Assembly: GCA_905178155.1 (NCBI GenBank)
Contig: CAJINV010000002.1
Coordinates: 11,348,591 to 11,412,590, forward strand
Direction of reading: 5' to 3'
DNA length: 64,000 bases
Source: Amoebophrya sp. A120
Taxonomy: Eukaryota > Protista > Dinoflagellata
A model generated the notes under the pieces. It was not told where the DNA came from. It did not search any database and was given only the letters and a program-made list of their open reading frames with translations. Positions 38,201 through 50,922 of this stretch are shown one piece after another (within the stretch, counting starts at the first letter, position 1; the number at the start of each line of letters is the position of its first letter). The translations under genes and the position numbers were made by a program.

Positions 38201-41200
38201 GTCCTGTGTACTCCCCGTCATGGTGCTGGATTTGCCGAACCAGCTGATGGAGTTGTAATTGTTGATGTAGCTCATGCTCATCGACCGAGAGTTTGACTGA
38301 GAAAAATAACAATAGTGAAACTAACTCCAGCTCCATACATTTACATGCATACTAAACCATTATAAGTGCAGTGTGTAGATGTACCACTTCGGCGCAGTGG
38401 AGCACCGCATGCGCTAGCAGGCTGGGCAACTCTAACAAGTAGTCGACTTCCAAGATCGTGAGCTCCAGCAGGTAACTGGCGATCAAATTTCTGAGGACGA
38501 AAAGGGCCAGGCCCTGCGAGTCGACCTTGATGTTGTCCTGAGGTTTGGACAGCATGTCGACGAAACCCGTGCGCGAAATGGACACAAGCAATCTGTCCTT
38601 CTTAGGGGTAGCACTTGGCAGGTAAAATTCTGCCCAAACGGGAACCGTTCTTGAAGATCGTGATGTTGCCACAGGTCGCCCTGTCGCGGTCCTTGGCAGA
38701 CTCGTTGTTGATATCCTTTGTTTTTGTAGTCCATCGCTTTCATCTCCGGAAGCAGGAGCAAGAGACACAACCTCGGCGGGCTCTTGCTCGTTGTTCGTTA
38801 GTAGGTCGATGTCTTCATCTTCTGGAAGTAGGTAGTTCTTGTTTGGACTAGAAGTCAACTTCCGCTGTTGTTCGACGCTTGGGCGGAGGTTCCGAACTGT
38901 CAAAAGCTCCTCTTGCTGCTCTTCCTTGAAAATCTGGAGAAATGACACTGCGGTGGGTGCGCGCAGCACGTAACCGTATTTCAGCAGGGTGGCCAGTTAT
39001 CAAGTGTAAAAGTGTCTGGGTCTGGATCTGGAAGATTGCCAGGCTTGTCATGCATATTTTGCATAACCCATGATGCCTGTAATGCATGGCCGAGCATCAC
39101 AGATTTTTAAAGGGCCTTCTGATGCGTATTCCGCATGAGAAACGCCCACTCCGCGTAGCACAAACTGAACTCCTCTTGCTGGTCATGCAATACAGATTTT
39201 TTTTACCTTCCAAAGACAGCATCACAAGTTGCAACCTTCCAGACCCAGACATTTTTACATTTGATACCAGTACATCAAACTCCATTTGTCGGATGTTATC
39301 CTCGGTGTACGTGTGTTCGCAAATGAAACCTGAGTTGCATTTTTTTTTGTAGTAGTTACTCTTACTCAATCACAACAATACTATCCAGAGCCAAGCAAAG
39401 GACAGAAAGAAAACTAGCATCTATGTATCACCGTATTCATCTTCAATGGTGACTTCAAAGTTGTTTTGCTTTTGCTTTACCTCTACCTCTTTTAGGTGGT
39501 TTATTTGGTATAAATATTTATAATACCGAGTTCATCGACAATCGCCGGCCTCGTTTCCTCTACCTTGCTCGCGATGAGCAGGCACGCCAGGCCGACGAGC
39601 TGCAGCTTCTTGCGGGACTGCAAAGCGTGGTGGTTGAGAAACCGGTCCAGGATTTGGATGGCCAGGAACAGCGTGGATATCCATTCGAACTTGAATTTGT
39701 GATGAACTTCAATCAGCCAGTCGACCAGCACGGAGCGCATCTCCACCGTTATGTCCTTCTGATTCTCGTACATGACCATCTTCTCCTTCAAAAAAAGCCG
39801 CTCCGTTTCAAACAAATACTTCCTCGCTGCAACACCGTAGTAGTCAAACTCTTGCTCATCTTCTTTGAAGAGGGGTGATTCTTCTTTACCTCGACATCCG
39901 TGTTTTACACCTCCTCCTGGCACGACCGCTCTACTTGAACAAGACTTGGTCGTTCCTGTACTAGAACCCTTGGATCTAAAAGTTGTATCTTCTTCGCATG
40001 AGGTGGACGATTTCGCAGATAAGCTTCTTGCTCTCGTCCTTGGAGGCGCGAACGGCCTCTTGAAGTCCATCGGCAAATCTGGGCTGAACCGCTCAAAGTC
40101 CCGTAGCTTCGCGTGCGCAGCCCAGAAGCTCTGTCGTGTGCGCCATTGCGGTACGGCATCCAGCCGCTCCGACGGCAGCCATGCGGGATTGGGCTGCATA
40201 TAATAATTTTGAAGTGTTGCTTGCGAGTAGATCACCGCAGTGTTGCTGGCTGGGTCTTGCGGTACTAGCGGTACTAGTGCTCCTCCGCCCGCATCATTGT
40301 GGTAGGGCGCCCCGGCTGTCGCTATGGCGTAGTTCCTTGCGTTTCTCCCACTCCAGCACGTGTCGGCCGGAGATGCGTTGTACTTTTTCCAGATGTTTTC
40401 CGGATCCACATCCCCTCGTATGGCGTCGAAGTACTCGTGGGCCAGCGCCTCCTGAATCTGCATGCGCTTCTTTGGGTCCATGGTCAGCAGCGCCCGGAGC
40501 AGCCGCACCCCTTTCTCGCCGCCAATGTTCGCCAAAAACCGCACCTGTTCCGCGTTGTACCGGGCTCGGAGCTGCTTTCTCGGCAAGGCGAGCTCCTCGT
40601 CGCGAAAGGAAAAGAGTTTGCAGGGCCGCCAGAAAGGGAAGTCGCGGCCTCGCACCACGTCCCACTCAATCGGGGTACCCAACAGCCCGAACAGCTGGTA
40701 CACCCAACTCACTTCGCTGTCCAACACCAAACTACCGAGGTTTTGCGGCAGCCAGTGGGATACCCATGAGCAGCCGATCTTGTTCATGCACAGGGTCTAT
40801 CAAATGTAAAAATGTCTGGGTCTGGAAGAATGCGCGATTTGTCATGCTGCTTTTCCATGACCCATGAGGTCTGGAATGCAGGACCTAGCATGACAGATTC
40901 TGCGCGACCTTTCTAATGCCTATCCTGCGTGAGAAACTACCTCCCGACTTGGTCAAAACTAGACGACTTTTGGTAATCATGCAACACAGATTTTTGCATG
41001 CTGCAGATTTAGCATGACAAGTTGCAATCTTCCAGACCCAGACACTTTTACATTTGATAGGGTCCCCAACAGCAGCCCGCACTGCCACAGGTCGCTGTCG
41101 AACAGCGGGCGGCTGGGCGACCGCGGCGGTATGGAAGCGTCAGGTTTGAAATCGACAAAGTTGAAATGATTTGTCATGCATAAAATGCAACTCAGAGACT

Positions 41201-44200
41201 GTCTCTATTGCAGAGGACGCAAGGGAGGCAGATTGTAGTGCTGGCAAGGGTCCAGAATTGGGTTGCTGATTAGCATGACAGAGGGGAGTCCTTTTGCCCG
41301 AAACAGCATGACAGACTTGCTCTAGAAGCCAGGAAAATTTGTCATGCGCCAATTAAAAACTAGGCGCCAACTGGTATCCGTTTTACGCATCACAAATTAC
41401 TTCAACTCTGACGATTTCGATCCTGACACTCCCATAGAAGGCGGGGGACGCGCGGTAGACGAGGCACTCGCGCTCGTGCCGGTGATCGCCGAGTTCATAT
41501 GGAAGCAGGTGCCTTTCGGGACCGTATCTTTTGGGTTTGCTGTGGTCTCAGCCCCGGATGTTGTAGATGATCCAGACGACGAAGCTGCTGCATCAACTGT
41601 GACCCCTGCCGTCTTATTTGCTCGTTCCATCAACGTGGAAGCCGGAGGACCACGTACTTGCTGTGAAGATATTTTTTTTTTTCGTGCGAACAGCAAGAGA
41701 ACAGGAGTAGTCAGGATCTTGTACCTCATCCTGTGAGAGAACCAAAAATAGAACATTCAAAAGCTAGCAAAGCTACTCAGTCACTGAAAATTATGCGTCG
41801 CACGCTCATACATCGAGTTGTTTGAATCCGAAAGCATCAACGTAGATGTCGATCACCAACTTCTGCTGGTGCGCGTGAGTACTTAGTACTTGCAAAATCA
41901 TTTCCAAAAATTTCTATATGTAAAATCAAAAAAAGCAGCAGTCTAACAAGTAGATCACTGTACGACTTCTGCGTCTGCCGGCGTTCTGGTAGCACGTTCG
42001 ACAGGCGCAGTCGCTCCTGGCTCCCCTTGAGAAGGTAGTAAAAGCGCCTCTGGCGGTTTTTTCACGTAGGAGATGCCTAAATTATGGCACACTCAAACGT
42101 TACATTGATCGCTGTTCCAGGACTTTGGCCGGATTTGTTGTGCGAAGCACAAGCACCTGTGGCTACCTATGCATGACCCAGGGCCAGGAGGTCGTGGCTC
42201 GCATGACAAATTCATCCTGAAGCGCAATCTGGCACTCAAATCCGTGCCAAATTTGTGATGCAGATGCAAGCACAAGCAGCGAAAGCTTCTTGTTGTCTCT
42301 TCTGCTTTTCGTTTCTTTTGCCTTTCGTTTACGTTTTGCTGTTCTTGCATAACAAAGCACCACGGAATCACCATCAAGGAAGAGCGATCGATGGAACATT
42401 AAAATTTGAGAGCGCCATAAAAGTTTTCCCGATCGTGGGACAGCTTCTCGGACGGTTTTTCCTGAATCCCGTACCCGAAAAAAAAATCCAGTAGCTCGAT
42501 GGGGCTCCCTATCCTGAGTAACGACGTCCCCTTTTCAAGCTTGTCATGTAAATTTGGGCATGCTCATGATGTTTCTCATGCGGCTCTTGTTCTAGTCGTC
42601 CTCTCGTGTATTTAGTTTGGAAGCGATGAAACAAATTCTACTTCATTATTGTTATTCTCTATATGAGGATCCGGATCTGTGCTGCGGCTACACTAGCTGC
42701 AGCGAGGCACGAAATCTGAAGATCCTTCCAGGTTCGTCAAGCCTCAGAACAAACATCTTCCGAGTTGTTCCTTGTGTTGGCAATTTCTCAACATCACCGT
42801 CTAGGAACTTGTTTTTGCTCAGGATACGCCCAGTCGTCTCATCGAGCACAACCTTGCTGGCGTCCAGGTTTCCGTGCCCATTCCCGGTCGAGTGCAAGCG
42901 GTGCAGCAGCAAAAGCACGTCCCACATCATGACCTTAATCGTACGCGGCGTCAGCCCGTGCTTCCGGGCGTTGTTCACATCTTCTGGGCCAGGCTCGGCC
43001 GCTTGTTGTTCAACATCATCTTCCAAGTGTACGTTGCGCTGAAAGTCGTAGCCTCGGGCTGCGGCCTGCCGCTGCTTGTCGTGGCATCGGAGGTCCCGCC
43101 CCACAGTATTTTTCGCTTGTTGGGACGATGAGGACGAGGAGGACAAAGATGATGTCTCAGCTCCCCCACCAGCCGCGCCTCCGGCAGATCCGGGAGCCAG
43201 GAGAGCACCGGAACCGCCCTGGTGTCGTGGCAGGTCGTGTGCAGTCGCCGGGGCCGCCGCTGGGTTGCTGGACACTACCCAATCTCTCGCCTTGTTTCGC
43301 GCGGCAGCCTGCTCGGCTGCCAACCGCGGATCGGGATCTGCAATGTTAACGCCGGTGTTATTCGCAGTTTGGGCAAGAGCAGTTGGTGCAGTTGTAGCTT
43401 CCCCGCACTTATTTGGCGGCGGCATTTTTGAAGAAGACGATGAACTTGAGGCTGCGGCAAGAGGAACTTCCCCCGAAGATGATGTCGTTGAGCTGGTGCA
43501 AGAAGTAGTGTTAGAAGATACCAGCAACCCGCCTTCCGAGGTGCCTTGGTCTCCGGGTGGAATGCTCGTGTTTGGAGCTGCTGTCGACACCGTGCTGGAG
43601 TTCGATAGCGTGTTGAGCTTCAGAAAGAGTGATGAAGACGATGAGGAGGACGACCGAGCGGAAGCCGCACCACCAGCGTCGGCTGCTGGTCCACTAGCGT
43701 CGACTCCAGCGTTGTGGTTGGCTTTGCCTCGAGCCGCCGCTCGGGAAGCGGCGCTGCCCCGCTTCAGCAGCCCGCCTCCCCCGCCGGCAGTTGTGGTAGT
43801 GGCAGGGAAACTATCAGAGGAGCTCGAGGAGGAAGAGGACGAGGATGAGCCCGCCATAGAAGGTAGTAGCAGTGGTGGGTGCTGAGGGTGATCGACATGG
43901 CTTGCACTAGAAGCAGGCGCCGCAATTCTTGACGGTAGAAGATCCACCCTATCAAACATTTTCATTTCCATTTTCAGTAGATGATGAAGATGAACCCCTG
44001 CACTTGTTGGTCTTGAGAAAAAAGAAAGACGAAACAAACCCTCGTCCACTTCTCCGAAATAAAACTACGGTGGAGCTCCAGCTCAACATTCATTTCTCCC
44101 CTGTGCCTACGCATGTGTACAATCGGAATTGACAAAAAAGCAAACAGACAATAATACTGCATATCTGTGTCCATTGCCTCAAGAGTGTCGTCTTGCTCGT

Positions 44201-46564
44201 CTCCTCTATGGTGTTCACCTGGTGCGAAATCCCACACAACCACATTCTCCTGCGGCAGAAGATTCCTTTCGGTCTGCAGTTCTTGCTCCCGCGCCGCCAG
44301 GTCAATGTGATGCACTCTAAGACGCTCGGGCACAACCTCCAGCGCGCCTGCTGCACCAGCACCCAATTGCACGTGGTCCTCGTCCATGACCATGTTTTGC
44401 TGCTCGACGTCGGGCACTGCATGATTGTTGGGCAGGTGCGTTTGTACTCGCTGCAGGACATGATTTTCCGATTGCCCTTCCTCGCCATCACCATCATCGT
44501 CCCGGTCCCGGACAAGGACTTCAATTTCCTCGACGACAGCAGCTGGAGCAGCACCCCCGCCAACCTCTGTAGCTTCCACAATACAACTCTGGTGTGCCGG
44601 TACCGTCTCCTTATGCAAACGCTGCAGCTGCGCAGCCCGGAGCTCCTTCGTGGCTTGCTCCTTCAGCAGAGTGGACAGCAAAAAGGGAACACGCCGGAAG
44701 ATGAAGACCACGTTTCGGCGGTCAGCGACTAGTGCTACCTTCATCACATGGTTGTCGTGCAGAAATGGGTGGCACAGGTACCGAACCTATTGTAGTTATG
44801 ATGTTGACAAGAACTTAGCTTAGTGACGACATGCAGAAAAATCGACCCTGCATGAAGAGCTACTCTAAGAAAAAAAGCCTAGAGATGAAGCTGCTCATGC
44901 AACAACAAGGACGGGACACAGAACCAGCATCTTCGCCCCAAGCGAATTGCATCTAGTATCTATAGCTAAATGTTGCTAACACGTTGCCAAGTATAAGCAA
45001 TTTGTTCACACCGTGGCGTGCGCCATGCCGTCGGCGTCGGGCAACGGAGCTTCCACAAGTAAAGTCTGCCGCTCGCTGCATTTGCTGGTGTAAAACCAGC
45101 TGCGCACAATATGCGAAAACACGCACTCGGCAGATTTCGGAAGGTGCTCATCGTGCTGTTGGACGAAGTTCCTGGAGAGTGTTATTTTTCTCTTCATCCT
45201 GGTCATAATGGGAAGATAGAAACGCGACGCTCGCGCGCGCCGTGGTAGAGACCAAAGAAAAAATGTCTGTGTATCAGTATCGTCCATCACGTTTAATCGC
45301 ATGCATCACGATGTTGATGATGATGTATTATTGTGCTGATGTACTAGTGAAGTCACATGCAAATTCGAATGCGTCTTTCCACAGGAAAAAACAAAAAGTT
45401 ATTGTACTGGAAGAAGTTTTGCGTGATGATCTTTTCCAGCTCCCCTTTGGCCGTGTTCTGGTCCTTTCGCGGAATGACGCGATTGTAAGTAATGCGCACG
45501 CAATCCACCCAGAGGTGAGGGGCGTAGGCGAGTTCCAGGAAACGCTTGCACTATCCTGCACAAAAGTATCGCGCTCGTACTCATTGCAACCATACATGGC
45601 AAAGACAACCACATGTACTGCTACTACATCTTTCTTAGGCAAATCACCACTACATGTTGAGTTTTGCTCTTCAGAAAGTTTAAGTTTGTACAAGTATATG
45701 TTGTATATGCAATCTTCACTCGGCCGTTACTTTTGCAATGCATATGCACACCGGCGGCACGATTCCGCCCAGCTCATCCGGGCGTAGGAAGGCGAAGATC
45801 AGCAGCCAATTGTCATCAGACAAGTCTGGATAGTAGAGCTCCGTCATAGTGCTTTCGTCGCGTTGGTCTTCTTGTTCAACAACAGGAGTGTCAATCGCGC
45901 CTTCCAAACTCAACAACTCGTCGGTGTTGCAGCCGGCTATAGCTCGTCCCGTGTCTTCCTGGTTTTCCTGCGAGTAATTTTCTCGTGACGCGCAGCTGCG
46001 CCCCGTGCCCGTGCGCCTTGTTGTTGTATGATTCGGGTTTATTATCTGCAGGTCCTGCAGTTCGTCTCCTGCGGCAACGCCAATGTCGTCCAGTCTATCT
46101 TCTGCCGCGTTTGGATTTTTTTGCCAGGATAGCTGCTGCACTCCGCCGTGACAGTACAAAGCAGAGGGAGACAAAGGAGACTCCGCCACTGCAAGAACCC
46201 CGCGCTCGCGGCCCGCCTCGCTCCGAGTACAACTGTTGACAAAAATGCTACGTTGACGCGTTTCCCTTTCCTGTTCTTCCGGAACCACACAGTTCCTAGC
46301 GGAAGATCCAGGTGGATCTGGGGGGCGGCCGTAACTTTCAGGATAGCTGGGAAGGGTAGAAGCAGAAGTGCCTACTGGCCGCTGCAGGTCATGCTCCTGC
46401 TGCTGCTGAAGCAGCCGCGCCGGAGTGGGAACGTTTCGAAAAGACCTGCTTCCACCTGAGGGTGAGGGTCTCCAGCTCGTCCTAGATGCTCGCTTATCTT
46501 CTTCTGGATGACGACTGTGGTTCGTCTGGTTGCTCGGCAGAATGTCGCCTCTTACGCTTGCCAT
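35236..46564 (-). CDS. F-box + CDK-like pseudokinase + cyclin (A/B-type) fusion protein, multi-exon with 5 introners
   Basis: F-box-like YPDLSDDNWLLIFAFLRPDELGGIVPPVC. Kinase motifs HGNLDASKVVL, KPPEALL, DLWQCGLLL, LLTMDPKKRMQIQEALAHEYF. Cyclin box MRSVLVDWLIEVH...LQLVGLACLLIASKVEE lies in the same ORF as the kinase C-lobe (39501..40787). Cyclin C-terminal AVHKKYS. The F-box link is inferred. Confidence 0.75.
36779..37741. mobile_element. Introner family A (963 bp), reversed orientation, with nested insertion
   Basis: Family A TIRs; DR acatc at 36774-36778 and 37742-37746. Removal gives ...RQPTEM|CAVHKKYS. Confidence 0.92.
37012..37681 (+). mobile_element. Nested polyA-tailed retroposon (SINE-like or 5'-truncated non-LTR), 670 bp
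   Basis: Flanked by 19-bp direct repeats aaaatgtgcatgacaaacc (36993-37011) and aaaatgcgcatgacaaacc (37682-37700). Ends in aat plus an A-run. Removal returns the host to 274 bp. Confidence 0.75.
38998..39266. mobile_element. Introner family A (269 bp)
   Basis: Family A TIRs; DR ccagt. Removal gives cyclin MEFDVL|ATLLKYGYVLRAPTAVSFL. Confidence 0.95.
40798..41059. mobile_element. Introner family A (262 bp)
   Basis: Family A TIRs; DR gggtc. Removal gives DLWQCGLLLGT|LCMNKIG. Confidence 0.95.
41130..41436. mobile_element. Introner family B (307 bp)
   Basis: TIR tatggaagcgtcaggtttgaaatcgacaaagttgaa / ttcaactctgacgatttcgatcctgacactcccata. DR degenerate (ggcgg / gaagg). Confidence 0.9.
42083..42419. 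mobile_element. Degenerate introner related to family D (337 bp)
   Basis: Ends tatggcacactcaaa...gatcgct / agcgatc...tttgagagcgccata. DR eroded (taaat / aaagt). Removing element plus 5 bp gives HDRENF|GISYVKKPPEALL (kinase subdomain VIII-like). Confidence 0.75.
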
Positions 46565-48333
46565 GTCACTTCTGCTTTCGTCACTGGTGGTGCTGAAGCA
46601 GAGTCCAGCATGTCAACCAAACATCTTCTGGTTCTGCCGCCTCATTTTTATCTTCGTCCTCTGGGTCGTGGAAAGGACACCATCATACATTTTTAGCACA
46701 CGTGGAACTCGCTCGTTCGCATACGTGGTAGTGAGGAACCACGAAGTTGATCTGCTGAGGCCCCCACAGAAAAGATCTTCAACAAGCCCAAAGCGTTGCA
46801 GATCATACATGGAAATAAATTAGTACCTCATCATGCGAACATAAAAGGAGCGAGGCTCTTTATCTTATGGTTATGCTTGCAAGTAGTGCGGAAAAATGAA
46901 AATCCCGCTGACCCGGATGGTAGCAGTGCTTCATGCGGTTCTGGTCGCTAAAATTGGAGTCATCTGCAGCTGGTTGCGTTGTTTCTACGAGCTACTTTTT
47001 ACTCATACGACCACACATCAACACTAGAAATACAGAATCTTGGCCACGCCGGCAGTAACCAGATTTGCAGCAACTGCAGCCTTGTGATTCAAGATAGATA
47101 CAGAAGAAAGATCATGTTTGGTCACCTTGCTGGTCTTCAACAAAAAAGTAGGAGACCTTCGCTAGTATCCAAAAGTGGCAAGAATCGACCAACAGCAACA
47201 CTTGCAAAAACTACAAAATATCTTCATCAAACGCACACGCACTTTCGAGACTGATGACATTGTTGAATTGCTTGAACCGGCTCCAACATTTACCTCACAT
47301 GCTTTCTTCCGCGTACGTTAGCTACTCAGGCTTCGCCTTAGACTTGCACTGCAGGGGACGGGTCCGCAAAAATAATAAATTAGGTCGACAACATCGGAGA
47401 CAGAAATGCACCACCGTAGGCATCGACGCTGCAACTGCGTTCTGTTCTACATATCCTCCCAAAGCCAAAGGAGAAACTCTGTGCGATAATTCTTGAGCGA
47501 GAGCGAACAATGGCTTGCATTTTCTGTGACGAGCAGAACAGTATGTTCTTCCGCTGACAAGCGCCGCGCAATTTTTATTTCTTCTGCGATGAGTTGATGC
47601 GGTTTTCATCTCTTTATCCTTGCTTAATAAGCAGGACATTCTTATATGCGTAGTGATGTCATCCTGTCGTCAGGGCATTGAAATTCCCATCAGAATTTCA
47701 GGGTATTTCATTGCGATGACGCTACGAGAGCGACGCTGGAACGCGTCTTGAAAAAGTGATCAATGAACTGTAGGGGCAGCTGCAGTTGCGGAGGTTTTTC
47801 CATCGAGCTGCGGCTGATGCTGCATCTTCGTCTCGCGGAACTCGAACTGCACGGCGTGCAGCGAAGTACAGCCCGCGCCGACGCCGTTAAAGAACAATAT
47901 TGTAATTGTGAAAGAACAAAAAGTAGCATAGAACGTCACACGCTCCTCGTAAAGCCGTTCTTCTGTGCTGTGCCACAACTTCTAGCAACCACCAAGCCGC
48001 GGTCGGGCAGCAAGACCGCAACAGGTGAAGTCATGCCCCTACTATTTGGACAGACTGAACGTTTACACGTCCTCTGCCGCGACATCACTTTTCGTCCTCG
48101 CTTTCAGGCATCAGCTCCGCAAGTTTTTTGTGATCTCTTCGCGTCTCAGCTACATTGCGATCTCGCCATTGGATGCGCTTGCGCCCAACACCTGTTTATG
48201 TGTATATTTAAGTTTACGTCGCATTCATTGCAGTGAAAAGTATTTCTTTCCTCCATACTTTGGAACCAAAAATTGAAGAAAACGAAGCTACGCATACGGT
48301 CAGATATCGCGAACTAACTAAACTATGACAAAC

Positions 48334-50922
48334 TTAGCGCTGGAGGGAATGCATAATAGAAGTACCAAATCCGGTGTGCGCGGAACTCTGCCCGGTTTGC
48401 AGCTGCGCCAGCATCTTCTTCATGATCATCTTGTTTGCGATAGGGAGAAACTTCACGGGCATCTTGCTCTTTTTTGGGGGAAACACCCACAGGACGGCCT
48501 TGTCGTCTTCTCTGGTGGCTTCCCATTGGCCCTTATTGACCCACATGTACCTGAGTTCAGTGGTGGTCACGAGTTTACTTCGTTCGAAGATGACACAGCA
48601 AGCCTCCAGCAGCACAGCCTTCGTCTCATTTCTCGTACAAGTGATTAACTGAGCAAAGAAAGGGACTCTTAGCTTGTTACCCTTTTCGTCGGAGTACTAG
48701 CGCAATCATCTGTATGAAAATCCACAACTTGCACTACCACTACGTGTGCGTCGTCGTCGTTACTCGCTAGTAGATTATTTACTAGTTTTCGATGCATACA
48801 AACATGGCGGCACACGGAATAAACTTACTTAAGAAAGAATAAACAAGTAATCGAAAAGTTCTTTATCTGTACGATCGGTCCAGCTTATGCTCTCCCCTGT
48901 CGTCCGGTTGTAAGAGGCCAAAGAAGCTCTTGGCCAACTTCTGTTCGCCCCAGAAGACCGAGGGATTTTCTTCCTCAAGCTCCTTGATGTCGACGTCCTC
49001 GTCGAAGGTGACTTGCCGGAAATCCTGGACCCAATTCGTCTCGTGGGGGACGATGGGATACTCGGCTTTCACCTGAATGCTGGGGTCCGTGGGGTGCACG
49101 GCGGGCCTCTTCACGGCGGCGAACGTGCTCTTGATGCGCTCCAAGAGCTCCTCCGGCGTCGTTTCCTCCACCGGCTTACGTGGCAAGTTCTTCTCCGCGG
49201 CTGTCGTGTGATCATGAACAACGAAAATGTGGTCGTGACAAAACATATACTTCTATCTTGCACAAAGAGAAGAGAAGTAAATCTCCACTCGGCGCTATTT
49301 GACAAGACAAAACTATCAATCTACAACACCGTCCATTTCACGGTGCAGCGTAAGTGGTCTCACTGCTTCAAAACCTCGCACCGGCACAAAAACGATTGAG
49401 CATCTACAAACATAGAGCTCTATTCTTTTTCTGATATCCTATTTTCAGGCATCAACCAGAGAAACGACTTGTCACGCATAAAGGCTTCGACTCAGGCATA
49501 TGAATGTCAATCAATGTCGACTGAAAAAAATGCAAGAGAAAAGCATATCCAAAAGACATCCAAAATTCTTCTGCATATTATAAATATTTGACTATAATTT
49601 TGTAGTTTGTAGTTTCTAATACACAAAAAATTATGCTATAGCAGCGCATTACCTTCGTGGCCGACGATGATATCGTCACCCTTGGAGAATATGTCGTTCT
49701 GGACGAGGATTGGTCGCCGCAAGAACAGGGCCTCGGTTTCTTGCTGCTTGTTTACCAGGCGCTGCTGTTGCTGCTGCTTGGTGTATCGCTTGCTGTGCCC
49801 CAGCGGGTGACTCGCGGGCAACGGATTCATGTCCCAATGCCATTTCCGCTGCGAGAAGGCGCCAATTTTGCTCGCCTCAAACAACAAACTCGTAGAAAAC
49901 GGGTCCACTTTTGTCACTGTTTAATTGATTCATTCGATGTTCTTTCCAGTTTCGACGATGTTGTAGGAAGTGGTTCTTCAATAAAATTTGTTTCGACAAC
50001 CATGATGCAGTATCTCTATCTTCACATATTAGATGAAGGCTGAATGTATGGTGCGTGGCCCATTGGTCGGCTAGAAACAATTTCAGTACGATGGTTTTCC
50101 TTCAAACTCAGCTCGTTGACGGTGCTGCTTGCTGTGCGTGCCAGGAGGTACTCCATTTTGGACCTGCAAACCGGCGTCGCGAGGATGTGATTGCTGTATT
50201 GCAGCGCGCAAAACATGGGCTCTGCCTGTGGACAATCCAAGTTCTCAGCGTGCTTGAATGTATGAAACCTCGCTTTGAAATGCTCCTTATTTATGTTTTC
50301 GGCGGCCTTGCGCTGCCGTTTCGCCCGAGGCTGGCCATCCGGAGGCTGGTCGTCATCGCCCTCGGCGGCTGCACCCGGAGGGGCTGCCGTGCCTCTGCGG
50401 GCTGCCGCGGCCGGTGCTCCATCGTCGCTGCGGTCGACGTCTGAATTGTGAAAGCTCGGACCGTAACCGCTTCCGCCGCCAGGGGAGTGTGCTGTGTAGT
50501 AGTAGGGGATAGTTATAGTATATAGTGTTCGAGTTTGTGCTTGGTGTATCAATGTAGGTAACACCAGAAGCGCTGACCGCCTGCAGTTGCAGGTGCACTT
50601 CTTTGTCGGATCTTCAAGTTCAACCACGCAACTCGTTGTTTTGTTGTTCCATTACTTTATTTTGATTCGATATTTCTTCCATGATGGTGTCGATGATGTT
50701 GGCAGTCGTGTGCCCTTTACTTAGCGGACTGCTGCGTGCTTGAAAAAATAACGAACAATATCGCAGCCAGTTTAAAAAGAATTCGAATACAACTACACAT
50801 ACACAACTCAAAACAATAACAAAAACAAGTATACATGACATTGAGTCGCCTCCGCCGAAATCAGAAACCTTGTGAGAGTCGCCCCTGCCCATGGAGTCGA
50901 CCTGCTGCAAGAGGTCACCCAT
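48334..50922 (-). CDS. PAF1: RNA polymerase II-associated factor Paf1-like protein, multi-exon (ends uncertain)
   Basis: Segments FCALQYSNHILATPVCRSKM, FLRRPILVQNDIF and LLERIKSTFAAVKRPAVHPTDPSIQVKAEYPIVP resemble conserved Paf1 blocks in the expected order (recognised by eye). Confidence 0.65.
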
